Shown here piece by piece: positions 49,777 to 62,650 of a stretch of DNA of 64,000 nucleotides. Origin of the DNA: Octopus sinensis (lineage: Eukaryota); assembly GCF_006345805.1 (NCBI RefSeq), contig NC_043000.1, positions 125,612,001-125,676,000 on the forward strand, given 5' to 3'. Made by a program: the position numbers and the translations under genes. A model generated the notes under the pieces. That model did no database searches, was not told where the DNA came from, and worked only from the letters and a program-made list of their open reading frames with translations. How positions within the stretch are numbered: position 1 is the first letter of the stretch; every line of letters starts with the position of its first letter.

Positions 49777-49992
49777 CCCTTTAGCGTTTAAACAGGCCAT
49801 ATCTGGCCCAGATATTTTACCTATTTTTCCATTCAAATTGGCCAGGTCTGGCCTCTCACACCAACCCTACAATGTCATTCTAAAAAGAAACAATCTCATT
49901 GAAATCTCAAAGCTACAAGATAATGCATGACTAATTCAGTCATGTCAATAAATAAACTTTACATTTGACAGAATAATCTGAATGCTAAAAGG
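49777..49992. mobile_element. Second copy of the TTAA MITE, inverted relative to 12206-12418
   Basis: TTAA-CCCTTTAGC ... TTTGACAGAATAATCTGAATGCTAAAAGG is the reverse complement of CCCATTAGCATTCAGATTACTCTGTCAAA. Confidence 0.75.
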
Positions 49993-50073
49993 TTGCCCAT
50001 AATTAGAATTCCTACTTGACAAACAGAACAAAATAAAGACTGTTGACTATTGTGGGTTTATTTTTGGGTGCGG

Positions 50074-50441
50074 AGTAAGAAGCTTGCTTTGCAACCATGT
50101 GGCTTTTGATTTAGCTCCATTGTGCTGCAGCTTGGCCAAGTTTCTTTGGTTATAGCCATAGACCAACGAATACCTTGTGAGTGAATCTGGTAGATGGAAA
50201 CTGTATGGAAGCCCATCATATAAGCATGTGCACATGCATTTATGTTTGTTCCCCCAGCACTTGACAACCAGTGTTGGTTTGTTTACATCCCTATGATTTA
50301 GCAGTTTGGTTGAACAGACCAATAGAATAATCACCAGACATAAAATGTGCTGGGGTTGATTTGTTCAATTAAACCCTTCAAGACAGTGTCCCAGCACAAC
50401 CTCAGTCCAATGTCTGAAACAAGTAAATGCTAAAAGATAAG
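50074..50441 (+). mobile_element. SINE family B copy
   Basis: GTAAGAAGCTTGCTTTGCAACCATGTGG..CCTTGTGAGTGAATCTGGTAGATGGAAACTG..GAAACAAGTAAA. Confidence 0.8.
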
Positions 50442-50636
50442 ACCGATTCACAGAATCGGTAGAGCATCAAAGTATTTTATAGAATTTAGTCATGGCTCTT
50501 TACTTTTTTGAATTAAAATCTTCAGAGGTCAACTTTTCCTTTCATTCTTCCAGATTTGATGGAATAAGTACTAGTCAAGGATTGGGGGTCAATTCTAACC
50601 ATTCCTTCTCTTTATGCCTGAGGCACAAATTATTTG

Positions 50637-50854
50637 TCTTTTACTCATTTCAGTTGTTAGACTGTGACCATGCCAGGGCACTGCCTTGAATTTTTAGACA
50701 GATGAATGGACCCAAGTGCTTATTTTTAAGCTTGGTGCTTATTCTATCAATCTCTTTTGTTGAACTGCTAAGTTACAGGGACATAAATACACCAACACTG
50801 GTTGACAAGTAGTGGGAAGATAAATACAGACACCAAAATACACACACACATGCG

Positions 50855-50885
<31 letters not shown>

Positions 50886-51052
50886 CTATGACAGGCTTCC
50901 TCCAGTTTCCATTTACCAGATCTACTCTCAAGGCTTTGGTCGACTTGAGGCTTTAGTAGAAGACACTTGCCCAAAGTGCTACGCAGTGGGACTGAACCCA
51001 GAATTATGTGGTTAGCAAGCAAGCTTCTTACTACACAGCCATGCCTGCTCCT
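50637..51052 (-). mobile_element. SINE family B copy with internal (CA)n
   Basis: Tail, body, (CA)n, head GAAGACACTTGCCCAAAGTGCTACGCAGTGGGACTGAACCC. Confidence 0.85.
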
Positions 51053-52104
51053 ATTATTACTTTAGTCAAGTCAACAATATTATATATTTGGATTTGGTCC
51101 CTATAATTGAAATATTACAAGTTGGTTCAGAATAATCTGCTATTTTATGCTGTTTTCTCTTTAAAAATTATATATGTATTAATAAGGAACGAATAAAGCT
51201 GTGCCCAGAGAAAAAAAAAATAGAAAAGTCTGTGCGAAGTGACAATCATCTCCTAGCAGAAATTATTGATTCAGTGTTTAAGTAGCATATTTTCCATTTT
51301 GTTTTTCTCCTCCTCTAACTCATCAGCATCATTTATTGATATTGTTACTGCAGTAACTAATGTTTACAGCAGAAGTTATCAATAATGTATTTTACTTGTC
51401 ATATGTGTTCTGATAATCACCATTACTGATGCTTGTTTAACTTAATTCGGATTGCTTAGCACAACCCATAGCTTTGGATATTCCATTTGTACTCTTAGAT
51501 TTTATTGAATGTGAAAGTAATTGATTAAATTATGAAGCAATCTCACCTGCTTTGGACTTAACAAGATCTAATATTCAACAGCAGATTAACTGGATTTTAG
51601 TTTACAGCACACTGCTAAGGCCCGTTTCACAGATTAAAAGCAGACAATTTGAATGGTCATCTTGGAGAAAAATTCCAATAAATACTTCAAGTTACTTGCT
51701 GGTTATGGATTTTGGAATGATAGAGATATTTGCCATTCTAAGGTTCAGTAATATATATACACTACTATTATTAGTAATTCAAAACTTGGAGGTGGACAAA
51801 TGGTAAAGGCTACTGAAGTGTGGGAGTTTTTCTGCAAGTGTGGAATATTTTTCCTAGAAGACTTGTGATCCTTGACTTGCAGGAATTATTAGGTTAATAT
51901 GGAAGAAAATATATGCATTGAACAAGGCCTTACTGTATTTAGTAGATAGCCTGTTCCTTGTCCAAAGTGTTTTCAGAAGTTTTTTCCTAAATGTCCATGT
52001 TCATTTTCAAACTTTTAATTTGCCTTTATTTCATAAGTTCTAAGTATTATAAAGATTCTTTTTATAAGTCCTAAGTTACTCTGGCAGTTGAGAACAAATC
52101 GGGA

Positions 52105-53319
52105 ATCATCATCATCATTCAACATCTGCTTTCCATGCTAGCATGGGTTGGATGATTTGATTGAGGCGAACCAGATGGCTGCACCAGACTCCAATCTTGA
52201 CCTGACAGAGTTTCTACAGCTGGATGCCCTTCCTAATGCCACCCACTCCGGGAGTGTAGTGGGTGCTTTTACGTGCCACTGGCATGAGGGCCAGTCAGGC
52301 AGTACTGGCAACAGCCATGCTCAAATTGTGTTTTTTACGTGCCACCTGCAACAGGAGCCAGTCCAGCGGCACTGGCAACGACCTCGCTCAAATGTTTTTT
52401 CCCATGCCACCGGCACAAGTGCCAATAAGGCGACGCTGGTAAAGATCACGCTCGCATAGTGCTTTTTACGTGCCACCAGCACGGAAGCCAGTTAGCCGCT
52501 CTGGCAGTGATCATGCTCGGATGGTGCTCTTAGCGCTCCACTAGCACGGATGCCAGTCATCAAGTTTTATTTCAATTTCACTTGCCTCAACAGGTCTTCA
52601 CAAGCAGAGTTTAGTGTCCAATGAAGGAAAGGTACACATAAGTGGGCTGGTTACACCCCTGGCATAGGCCACGAGGTTATGGTCTCATTTGGCTTGCCAC
52701 GTCTTCTCAAGCACAGCATATTTCCAAAAGTCTTGGTCACTAGTCATTGCCTTGGTGAGGCCTTATGTTTGAAGGTCGTGCTTCACCACTTCATCCCAGG
52801 TCTTCCTGGGTCTACCTCTTCCACAGGTTCCCTCAACCGCTAGGGTGTGGCACTTTTTCACACAGCTATCCTCATCCATTCTTGCCACATGACTATACCA
52901 GCGCAGTTGCCTCTCTTGCACACCACATCTGATGCTTCTTAGGTCCAACTTTTCTCACAAAGTACTTACACTCTGTTGTGTATGCACACTGTCATTACAC
53001 ATCCATCGGATCATACTGGCTTCATTCCTTGCAAGCTTACGCATGTCCTCAGCAGTCACGGCCCATGTTTCACTGCCATGTAGCATGGCTGTTCGTACAC
53101 ATGCGTCATACAGTCTACCTTTTACTCTGAGCGAGAGGCCTCTTGTCGCCAGCAGGGGTAAGAGCTCTCTGAACTTTGCCCAGGCTATTCTTATTCTAGC
53201 AGCTACACTTTCAGTGCACCCTCCTCCGCTACTGACTTGATCACCTAGATAACAGAAGCTATCAACTACTTCTAGTTTTTCTCCCTGGAATGTGGCAGAA
53301 GTTGTTCTCTGCACATTTG
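52105..53319 (-). mobile_element. 5'-truncated RTE LINE (same family as 8713-10953)
   Basis: ORFs 52955..53377 (FQGEKLEVVDSFCYLGDQVSSGGGC..AWAKFRELLPLL) and 52763..52948 (LRWYSHVARM..GRGRPRKTW); (ATC)n tail at 52105. Confidence 0.93.
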
Positions 53320-53789
53320 TATAAAAAAATGATACATGAACACCAGGGAAAAATGTCCTGTGTATCACATGATACATGTGACCGGCAAATGGTTAAGTAT
53401 TTATTGAACAACAAACTTTTATTCTCAGATTTTTTTTTGTTAATTTTAGTTTAGTCTTTGTTTTTCTATTTGCTGTATTCTCTCTTTCGCTGTCTTATAG
53501 CTTTTGTATCTATTGAGTCACAGTTCTCATGTAAGAATATTTATAAATGATTAGAAAATTGAAGTGAGGAGAAAATGTTTAAATCAATCGCAATGGGATT
53601 TCACATAAATAGTGACTTACATTCACCTTTACCTTGAGAGTATGCCCTGGCACACTTTCACCATCTTCTCTCCCCCACCTCTTAATGGGATAGCCATGTA
53701 TCTCCTCTACAGCAAGACACCTGTTTCTGTCCCTCTATCACAAAGCCATTTCTTTCAATACACCTCTCCCTCCTAGTTAAAGGGTTTTT

Positions 53790-54005
53790 GTCTCACAAAT
53801 TACTTGTAAATCGCACCAGTGCTAGTGCCTCATAAAACGCACCTAGGCCATTCCATAAATTGGTTGGCACTGGGGAGAGCATCCAGCTGTAGAAACCAAA
53901 CCGAAGCAGACAGTAGAGATTGATCCAGTCCTCTGACTTGCCAGCTCTCGTTAAACTGTCCAACTCATGCCAGCATGGAAAACAGACATTAAATGATGAT
54001 GATGA
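53790..54005 (+). mobile_element. Diverged RTE 3' tail element
   Basis: GCATCCAGCTGTAGAAAC..GTCCAACTCATGCCAGCATGGAAAACAGACATTAAATGATGATGATG. Confidence 0.75.
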
Positions 54006-54275
54006 CTGACTGTATCTAAATGTGACTAGGTTTCTAGCATTCCCTTTCAAAAGTTACTAATAGTGAAATGTGAAGATTTTGAATGTCACAATATTCCAAG
54101 AATGTTTATTTGCATATACAAATGTTTGACAAAAACCATCGGAATGAGCAAAACTTAATTTTTATTATAGAAGATGCTTACTCGTTTATTAGGAAAGCTA
54201 TTGAATTTAGGTTTGTGAAGCCAAGTATGCAAAGGAGAATGACCTAAGCTGATTCATATGGTAAGGTTGTGGGTT

Positions 54276-54620
54276 CAAATCCTGCTCTGGACGACTATTG
54301 TAACTTTGAGTAAAATATTCCATTTCATATTGCTCTCATCTACTCAACTCGCATTAATTGTAGCTAACTGCTGGTGCAGTGCTCCAGCCATCACATCCTT
54401 TATATTCTGTTTGGTCAAAGGTAGGAAAGGCGAGAAGATGCCTGTGTTGAATCCTGCTCTGGGCAACCATTGTGTCCTTGAGCGAGATATTCCATTTCAC
54501 ATTGCACTAGTCTACTCAGCTGTAATGAACACTAGCTAACTGCTAGTGCACCCCTCCTGCTGTCACATCTTTTCTGTTCTGTCAGGTCAAGAGTAAGATG
54601 GGTGAGAAGATGTATGTGTC
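54276..54620 (+). repeat. About 172-bp diverged tandem duplication of a CORE-like SINE body
   Basis: AATCCTGCTCTGG..ATATTCCATTTCA.ATTGC..TAGCTAACTGCT.GTGCA..GAGAAGATG occurs twice. Confidence 0.75.
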
Positions 54621-56248
54621 TGCTCGTGACTACGTAGACACCTAAAATATATTACGAAAACATGGTCCAACCTACCAAGTCATGCTCGCTTCAGGGTGAC
54701 ATCTAAGCTTTTCAAAGCTGCATTAACTGTTTTCATTGGCTTTCAATGAATTTCTTCATATCAGAAATAGAATTTTTATTTTTAAAACCAACAGTTAACT
54801 GGCTTAAAAACTAAATAATTCATCTATTGATGCCATTTAAAAATAAGATACTGTTCACATTTTGATAAGAGTAGATTCTACTGAGAAAAGAGGTTAGTGG
54901 GGAGACAGAATTCAATGATTGCAATTGTTTATGTAATGTTGTTTGTTGTAAGCTATCAACTATGTGAAGTGTTGAAATAACTGACATTAAACAGTTGAGC
55001 ACTATTTGCCTTCATTGACTGACAGATAAAAAAACAACTACAAAAAGAAAAAACAGATGTAAACAAGATCAGGTTATATTTGTTTCCCCAGACGCGTTGC
55101 TAAACTACAGTTTTTTTTCTTTTTCTTTTTTCTTTTGTTGTTGTTTCGGTTATCCTTACAATATGATTTCCTGGTAAATCTGGTGTTGTGTATCGATCGT
55201 ATGAATAGCAGTATCAATTTCTAACATAGGTTCTAGATCTAGACTGATTGATTAATCAATGAAATAGCCAATATGATAAAGAAAAATAGAAAAATTGAAG
55301 AAAAAATGCATTTGATTTTATAGATAAATGTAAAGATCATTCGTGATAATTTGAGCTTCAGTTTAGAAAAGTTAGGTTAAAATGTTGGAAAATGTCTGAA
55401 AATGTTATCATTTATATTTTTGTTTCATTAGAATAGAGATAAAATGCCTTAGGTTAGATTTAATTTTCTACTGAATGTTATTCACATAGAAAAGCTACCA
55501 CCTTGTTTTACAATGTGGCATAATGTGGCAAGGTAAAGAAACTGAAAAATACTTTTGTGTATGTGTATGAGAGAGAGAGAGAGAGAGAGAGCTTTTTTCT
55601 TTTTGAGTGAGAGAGAGAGACAGAGAGAAAGACAATGACTGGAAATAATTTTACAGTTTACAATAGAGTTAAATTGTATTCTATTGACTGCAACCGAATC
55701 TTGTTCACACATTACTGCTACACTGCATTGCAAACAAGACTGTACCATTTCATTATCATTGTGTTTCTTACGTTGTTTTTTTCGTATTGTTAACATCACC
55801 ATTGTATAATTACCATTACTGCTGTCAACATTATCATTATAGCAGCTCTATGTCAAACCAGCCACCACCCTCCCTTCACCTTTGCTATCACTGACTGGCT
55901 TCCTTAGTCATGTATATTGTCTTTGTATGCCATCTTGTCTCATATCATCTCTGTGTCTATTACTGGCATTGTCTCTGCTGCCATTATAATAATATCAACA
56001 TCCTACTTGTTGGCACCATTATTTACATCATAATCGTCTTCATCATCATTTAACATTCCTTTTTCCATTCTTGCATGAGGGCAGACAAGCTTTGTTGAGG
56101 CAAATTTTATTGAGCTGGAAGCTCTTCCTGTTACCCACCCTTGCTTGTCTCCGTATTTCCCACAGCCAGACATGTTTTTGACAGAAAACTTGCAAAGAAC
56201 AACATTGCTTGCGTCATGGTGATGCTTATTCACAACCATCACATGTTG

Positions 56249-56537
56249 CCTCCTTCTCGAGCCACACTCGCTAATAAGGGCTGGTTTCCTTGGCGTATAA
56301 GTTTTGCACCTGGACAGGATACCGGTCCGTCATGGGTGAGCTGCTAGATGCAGAAGAAAAGAGTGAGAGAAAGTTGTGGCGAAAGAGTCAGCAGAAGTTC
56401 GCCATTACCTTCTGCCAGTGCCGCGTTGAGCTTAGGTGTTTCGCTCATAAACACACACATCGCCTGGTCTGAGATTCGAACTCGCAATCCCTTGAACGTG
56501 AGTCCGCTGCTCTAACCACTAGGCCATGTGCATCCAC
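56249..56537 (-). mobile_element. tRNA-derived SINE sharing the family D head and core but with a different 3' part
   Basis: Reverse complement GTGGATGCACATGGCCTAGTGGTTAGAGCAGCGGACTC..GAGCGAAACACCTAAGCTC..CCACAACTTTCTCTCACTCTT, then diverges from 34203-34589. Confidence 0.78.
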
Positions 56538-57130
56538 TACCGTCACATGATGATGGGACAAGGTGTACATACAACACTTACGCACTGGACATTTTTCAGT
56601 TTCCATCTACCAAATCCACTCACAAGGCTTTGGTTAGCCCAGGGCTAAGTAGAAGACACTTGCTCAAAGTACTCCTCAAAGGGACTGAACCCAAGTCCAC
56701 AAGCTTCTCAACCACACAGCCACACCTAAACTTAAACATGTGCTTTAAACACATTTCTGATTACATCAGCTTAAAGATGGTCATTCTTTAATCTTTCTAT
56801 ATCGTTTGGTACCATTCTGAAGGAATTGTTTGCAGCATTTGTTTTTACTTCTTGTTAATGGTTATGGTGTTGGGGTGAAGGAGGCTGTTCCAATGGCCTT
56901 TTCAGACTTTCTGAAACTGAGATTGATACATGTTGAGTTGTTATTCTTGAATAATGGTAAGGTCACTGATAAAGGAGAAACCTAGGTTGAGTTGGGGTGG
57001 ATTTCTGGCCAATAATGTTTCAGGTAAAGGAGGACTAAGAATTTGTGTAAACAAAATGAATGCATAGATGAAGATGCACTGGTGCAAATATGGCTGTGTA
57101 CTTCACAAATTTTGCTTTCATAATCACGTG

Positions 57131-57347
57131 AAGGTGGTGAGCTGGCAGAGACATTAGCACGCCGGATAAAATGCGTAGTAGTATTTTGTCTGTCTTTACG
57201 TTCTGAGTTCAAATTCTGCCGAGGTCAACAACTTTGCCTTTCATCCTTTTGAGGTCAATAAATTAAGTACCAGTTGCATACTGGGGTGGATCTAGTCGAC
57301 TGGCCCCCTTTCCAAAATTTCGGACTTTTTACCTAGAATAGAAAAGA
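57131..57347 (+). mobile_element. SINE family A inserted into a family B SINE (about 57081-57700), 11-bp TSD
   Basis: ATAATCACGTG (57120-30) and ATAATCACATG (57348-58) flank it; the family B head continues on both sides. Confidence 0.82.
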
Positions 57348-58140
57348 ATAATCACATGGTTTAAGGGTCTGTCCCACTGTGTGGCACCTTAGGCAAGTAT
57401 CTTCTTAAATAATCCCAGACTGACCAATGCCTTGTAAGTGAATCTAATAAATGGAAATTGTGAGGAAGCCCATTGTGTGTGTGCTTGTGTGTGTTTTGTT
57501 CCTCCTCCCCCACTACTCGATGAACATTGTTGGTTTGTTTACATCCCCATAACTTAGGAATTTGGCTGAGAAAGCAGTAGGATAATTCCAGGCTTTTAAA
57601 TAAAAATTACAATAATACTAGTGTTGATTTGATTGACTAAACTCTTCAATGCAGTGCCCCAGTATGGCCACAGTCCAGTGACTGGAACATGTGAAAGAAT
57701 AACCAATAATGTTTAAATATAAATCTTACAGAATAGCATGTATGTTATATAATAAACTGTGCAACAATCTAAACCTTTGTAGTTCTGTCCAGACTACAGA
57801 AATGAAATCCCCTATTAAGTTTTGAGCTCAATTTATCTTGTTATATTATAGCTTCATCATCATCATTTAATATCTTTTTCCATGCTGGTATGAGTTGGAC
57901 AGGAGATGGTATGTCAGAAGATTGTGCCAAGCACTGTTTGTCTGTTTTGGCATAGATTCTATGGGTGGGTGCCCTTCCTAATATCATCCAGTCCTAAATC
58001 CAGGTGTTCTGTGTGTGTTTGTGTGTGAGTTCATTGTTCAACAGCCCTACCTACACAGTGGATAGAAAACTATAAAATATCAGCTGGGAAACTGCTTTTA
58101 AGCAAGAAACTCACAGCAGTCATGGTTTGTAAGCACTTAA

Positions 58141-58528
58141 TCTATATATATAAAGCTGAAGTTGTCTGTGTATGGCAGGTTTGGTAGCTTTCAACTAACA
58201 CTATCTCTTCCGAGACCCTGTGGCGCAAGTTGACCAAAATTGAGAGTATGATAGAAGGCTTGCTCCTCCTTCCATAGAAGAAAAAATTCAAATCGGACCA
58301 TGTTAAGACCAAAAATTATTTACATCAAAAAGGTGCTTTTTTTCTATGAAAATCCCTATTTTTTTACGATTTTTTGACTGCTGTCTCACCATTTTTCGGT
58401 GTATTTCAACTAGAAAAATGTTCACTTAAAGAGAATAACAAGCTACATAATGCAAAATTTTTATTTTTTAAAAATTCCAATTCTAAAGGGTCGAAACAAA
58501 CCCGAGCAATGCCGGGCGATACTGCTAG
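58141..58528 (+). mobile_element. Non-autonomous Helitron, 388 bp
   Basis: Inserted between A and T; 5' TCTATATATATAAA; subterminal hairpin CCCGAGCAATGCCGGG (58501-16); 3' CTAG; no TSD. Confidence 0.85.
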
Positions 58529-58573
58529 TAATTTATAAACATCAAATGCTTAGTGATTGTTTAAATATTCTGA

Positions 58574-58990
58574 GGTGCAGGCATGCCTCTGTGGTTAAGA
58601 AATTTGCTTCCTAACCTTCAGGTTCAATCCCATTGCATGACACCTTGGGCAAGGTCCTCTACTGTATCTCCAAGTCAACCAAATCCTTGTTAGTAGAATT
58701 GGCAGAAAAACATGAAAGAAGCTTGTCGCATGCATTTGTGTGTGTGTGTATACATTTGTGTTTGTCTTGACTTTGGGTGATAATTTTTTAATAAGAGATA
58801 CCACCATACAAGTTGTGTCCTTTGTTTCCTATATTCTATGCAAACTTTTCTGGCCACAGGGAAATACTACAGTGCTTGGAAATTGGCTAGGGTTGGTGAT
58901 AGGAAGGGTATCCAGCTGTAGAAAATCTGCTGCCATGAATTGCATCTGACCCATGCAAGCATGGAAAAGTGGATGTTAAACGATGATGAT
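58574..58990 (+). mobile_element. SINE family B head joined to an RTE-type 3' tail
   Basis: GGTTCAATCCCATTGCATGACACCTTGGGCAAG head, (TG)n, then AGGAAGGGTATCCAGCTGTAGAAA..CCCATGCAAGCATGGAAAAGTGGATGTTAAACGATGATG. Confidence 0.7.
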
Positions 58991-61762
58991 GTGCCTGAAA
59001 TTCTGTTTGTAATTTATAAATTACATTTTGCTTAATGGTAAAGTAAGATTTCAGGCCACTCAATCAAACTGCTCTAAAAAGCATTGCTGTGATAAGCTCC
59101 AATCATCATATGCAAGATGAAGAAGAAAAAAAAATTGGCATTTGCTTTGTATTTTTACATGCTTTTCAAAGACATTATTAATTTGTTTGCTTATTTTGAT
59201 CCATGATTGTATTGTGCATATAACCATATTAAACAGCAGAACAACATTATATATAATGATTGATATAGACTAATACACATGAAATAAACTCTAATAAATT
59301 GCGAGTTGATGAAAACTTTATACTATTATTATCGTTCTTTACAATCTGAATCTGCCAATTTGCTTAGATTGGTCAATCTGATAACATATTTCAATTTCAA
59401 CGTGTGTTTAGTTAATTTCCTTTCTTCTATATTTTAAATTATTTTTGAGATTTTGACTAATTGCTTACATTTTATGCTGTTAGTTATGCCACTTCAGAAA
59501 TATTCTTATCAGCGAAGAGTGTGTTGCTAATAAAAATAAATATTCTGTATTCACGGTTTCTTTTTAAACATTAAATTAGATGTACAGACGAAAGCTTTCT
59601 GATCTTACCATTGTAAATATTGTGAAACGCATGCCTTAGGTTTAAATACTAATCAGTTAATTACACCCCATTAATGTTATTGTGGTTTTAGTTTTGTTTT
59701 AATTGCATGCAAGGTCAACTATATTAAACACTGTTATGAATAATAAAGCAGATAGTGTTTCCAAAAAATTTAAGTATTTGTGAATTGTTCACAATATCTC
59801 TATTAAGCATAAAGCAAACGGCTGCAATACACATTGTATTCAATATTCTATATTTATTCAGAAAAAGCTATTGATCTAACTTATTGAGGAGAAAAAGAAA
59901 AGAAAAATAAAGCAGAAAGCTTCTGAGCTTCAAAAACACATTAATAAATCATTTTGTATTCATTATGATACAGTTGAGGGCATTTGAATCTTTGACCTAT
60001 TCAATGTCATCAGTGGTGCATTCTCTTGATGAGAGTGGTATCAGTGAGAAAACAGCTGTGTATTCATATGTTTTATAGTATTTACTATCTGTCTCCCAAC
60101 ATTAAACAGGAACCACACAACCTTTTCGGTGTTTGCTGCATTGCAATACCTTGCAAGAATGAATCTTTTGTGCATTGTGCTGCTCTCTGCAACAAGGAGT
60201 ATAAGTGTTGCATTGGAATCATGGTGCTGAGAAATATAAATGCTTGGCAATTCAGCTTTTTCTACAATAAATAAATAAGCTATTTGTTCATTAATGGTTA
60301 TGAGAGATTCACATAAATATGGCATTCCTTCTTCATATTTCTTAACAATGTCACCATGAAGTAGGTTTGTCTGTCTGTTCAATATCTTCTTTGTAAAAAA
60401 ATAAAGAGCAGTATATAAGAAAGGCTTTTATGTGCTATTAGTAAAATTCCAGACTGGCTTCCTTAGAAATGGCCATATGTCCTCTAACTTAAAAGATCTC
60501 TTCTTTTCAATATCTCTCTGAGCAGGGACATCAATCAATTTTCCACACTCTGATTTTCACAGTCAGGTTACTCTATACCTTAGCTTTCAAATTGAACAGA
60601 CTCACCTCTAATTGCTCTCTAAAATAGACTTTGTGCTTGTTATCATTTACCTGTCCCACTTCAGAGTCCATTTAACTCTCAGGCTCCACTGAGTAGTCCA
60701 CAATTAGTTGGCTGTTTGTATTCTTTATTGAATGTGTGAAAATCTATTTATGTTACAAAATTTTCATTAGCATGATGTCTTCTTCATATTTGATGCCATG
60801 ACCACAATACAGTGTCTTCATACCTTTTACCATGACGATGGCGTGTTATTGTCTTTATTTCTTATCACAACCAAAGACTTTTTGCACACTTATTATCACT
60901 AGAAACTAGGGGTACATTTTGTCTGGCTATACTAAATGCTATGCAAGGTGTCCAACCGAATTAGATAAATGCAAGGGGAAGTAAATGACAGAGGGATAGG
61001 ATGTGATAGAGTAATTTAATAGGGAGAAGTTATGCATCTTAAACGGGTTCCTTCATATGGAACATGCAGGCAATAACTTGAGAGTATCTGTTATCAATAA
61101 GGTAAATATTTATCTATGCCAAAGGGGAGATGGTATAGAAAATTTTCTTTTTACATGTCTTATGAATGTTTAATGATCTTTCCTCTTTGTTTCAATCTTT
61201 CTAATGGGAAAAAATTATGGAGTTGAGGTTCTCCCCACTTACTCTTTTTTTTGTCTTTTATGGATTTTGATAAACATTTGTCTTGCCTGCTTTCATAGAT
61301 TTTGTTTAAATAGTTTAGCTGGTGTTGGTTGTCTTAATTATAAAATTTCCAATTGATTCAGTTATTACAACTAATCCTATACACCATGATATGGGTGGAT
61401 TTTAATAAATTTCTATAATTTGAATATGTTTGTTGATTGAATGATAAACTGGAAAACATTTATCAATTAAAGTTTTTTTTTATATTAAACAAAAAAGAAA
61501 TTGGGGAATAAAATGTTTTTGCTCTATTCAATTTTAATCAAAGTTCTCATTCATAAAATAATTTATAAAATAATTATTTTTATATCAGAGGAGTTGAAAA
61601 CTTAATTATTATTCTTCTTTGAAATCCGTTTGGAAAATATTCCCAAAATCCTTGGCTATGCACTTTACAAGAAAATTCAACCATTTTTTCCCCATTATAT
61701 CGATTTATTATATATTTGCATATATGAATATTTCATGTTTACATGTAATTTCTCTATTTTAG

Positions 61763-61855
61763 GCCAAGCAAAAGTGTTTGAATGTCTAGGACGAGATATT
61801 TTGAAGCTGGCATACGAGGGTTATAATGGCTGTATTTTTGCCTATGGACAAACAG
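61763..61855 (+). CDS. KIF13: Kinesin-3 (KIF13-like) motor domain exon, (C)[30 protein letters not shown](G), leading into the P-loop (93 nt, phase 1 to phase 1)
   Basis: Acceptor tctctattttAG at 61761-62, donor GTACT at 61856. [13 protein letters not shown] is the conserved kinesin segment before the GSGKS P-loop. The phase matches the upstream exon (T+GC = Cys). Lies inside track ORF 61630..61872. Confidence 0.93.
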
Positions 61856-62360
61856 GTACTTACTTTTTCTAATATCTAATGTAACATGTCACCATAGTGT
61901 TTTTATATGCAAATTCTTAACTTTATATATATAAAAAAAATTATCATTCTTTAATATGTTTATAAGATTATTCACATTCTGTACCATCAATGGTGTATTT
62001 GCTGAATATCATTTGCGATATTGTGAAGTAGAATATTTAAAATAGATTGTACTAAGTGTTTTTTATCTCCTGCATAATAATGTTTTATATGAAGTAACAG
62101 CCCTCTTGAATTTGGATACATACATGAATAAAATAATAGCACAGGCCAACAAAGGAGCACCTATGTAGTCACTTGTCTGGTAGAAGTAGTAGTTGAATGT
62201 TCCTCAAATCACACAGTATTATCTTAGAAATGGAAGGATATAATCCTGGATATGTGAAAAGAAAGTGCTAGACACAGCTGGAAAGCTTTCAATAATTGGC
62301 CCTGTTAAGAGCCATTAATGATGTTGATTTAACATGGGCATCAAAGTAGATAGAAACAGC

Positions 62361-62650
62361 TAAGGCAGCAAGTTGGAAGAAGCGTTAGTACACCAGCTGA
62401 AATGCTTAGTGGTATTTTGTCTGCCGTTACATCCTGGGTTCAAATTCCGCCGAGGTCGACTTTGCCTTTCATCCTTTCGGGGTCGATAAATTAAGTACCA
62501 GTTACGCACTGGGGTCGATGTAATCGACTTAATACCTATGTCTGTCCTTGTTTGTCCTCTCTGTGTTTAGCTCCTTGTGGGTAATTAAGAAATAGGTATT
62601 TTGTCTGCCGTTATGTTCTGAGTTCAAATTCTGCCGGGGTCGATAAATTA
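62361..62650 (+). mobile_element. SINE family A with partial second unit
   Basis: GGGTTCAAATTCCGCCGAGGTCGACTTTGCCTTTCATCCTTTCGGGGTCGATAAATTAAGTACCAG. Confidence 0.85.

Noticed and set aside
60041-60382. 113-aa minus-strand ORF in non-repetitive-looking sequence
   Set aside because: No recognisable domain or supporting splice structure; antisense within the kinesin intron; possibly a decayed transposon.
61630-61762. 5' part of the 80-aa track ORF as kinesin coding sequence
   Set aside because: Kinesin similarity starts only after the AG at 61761-62; the upstream part is intron read-through.
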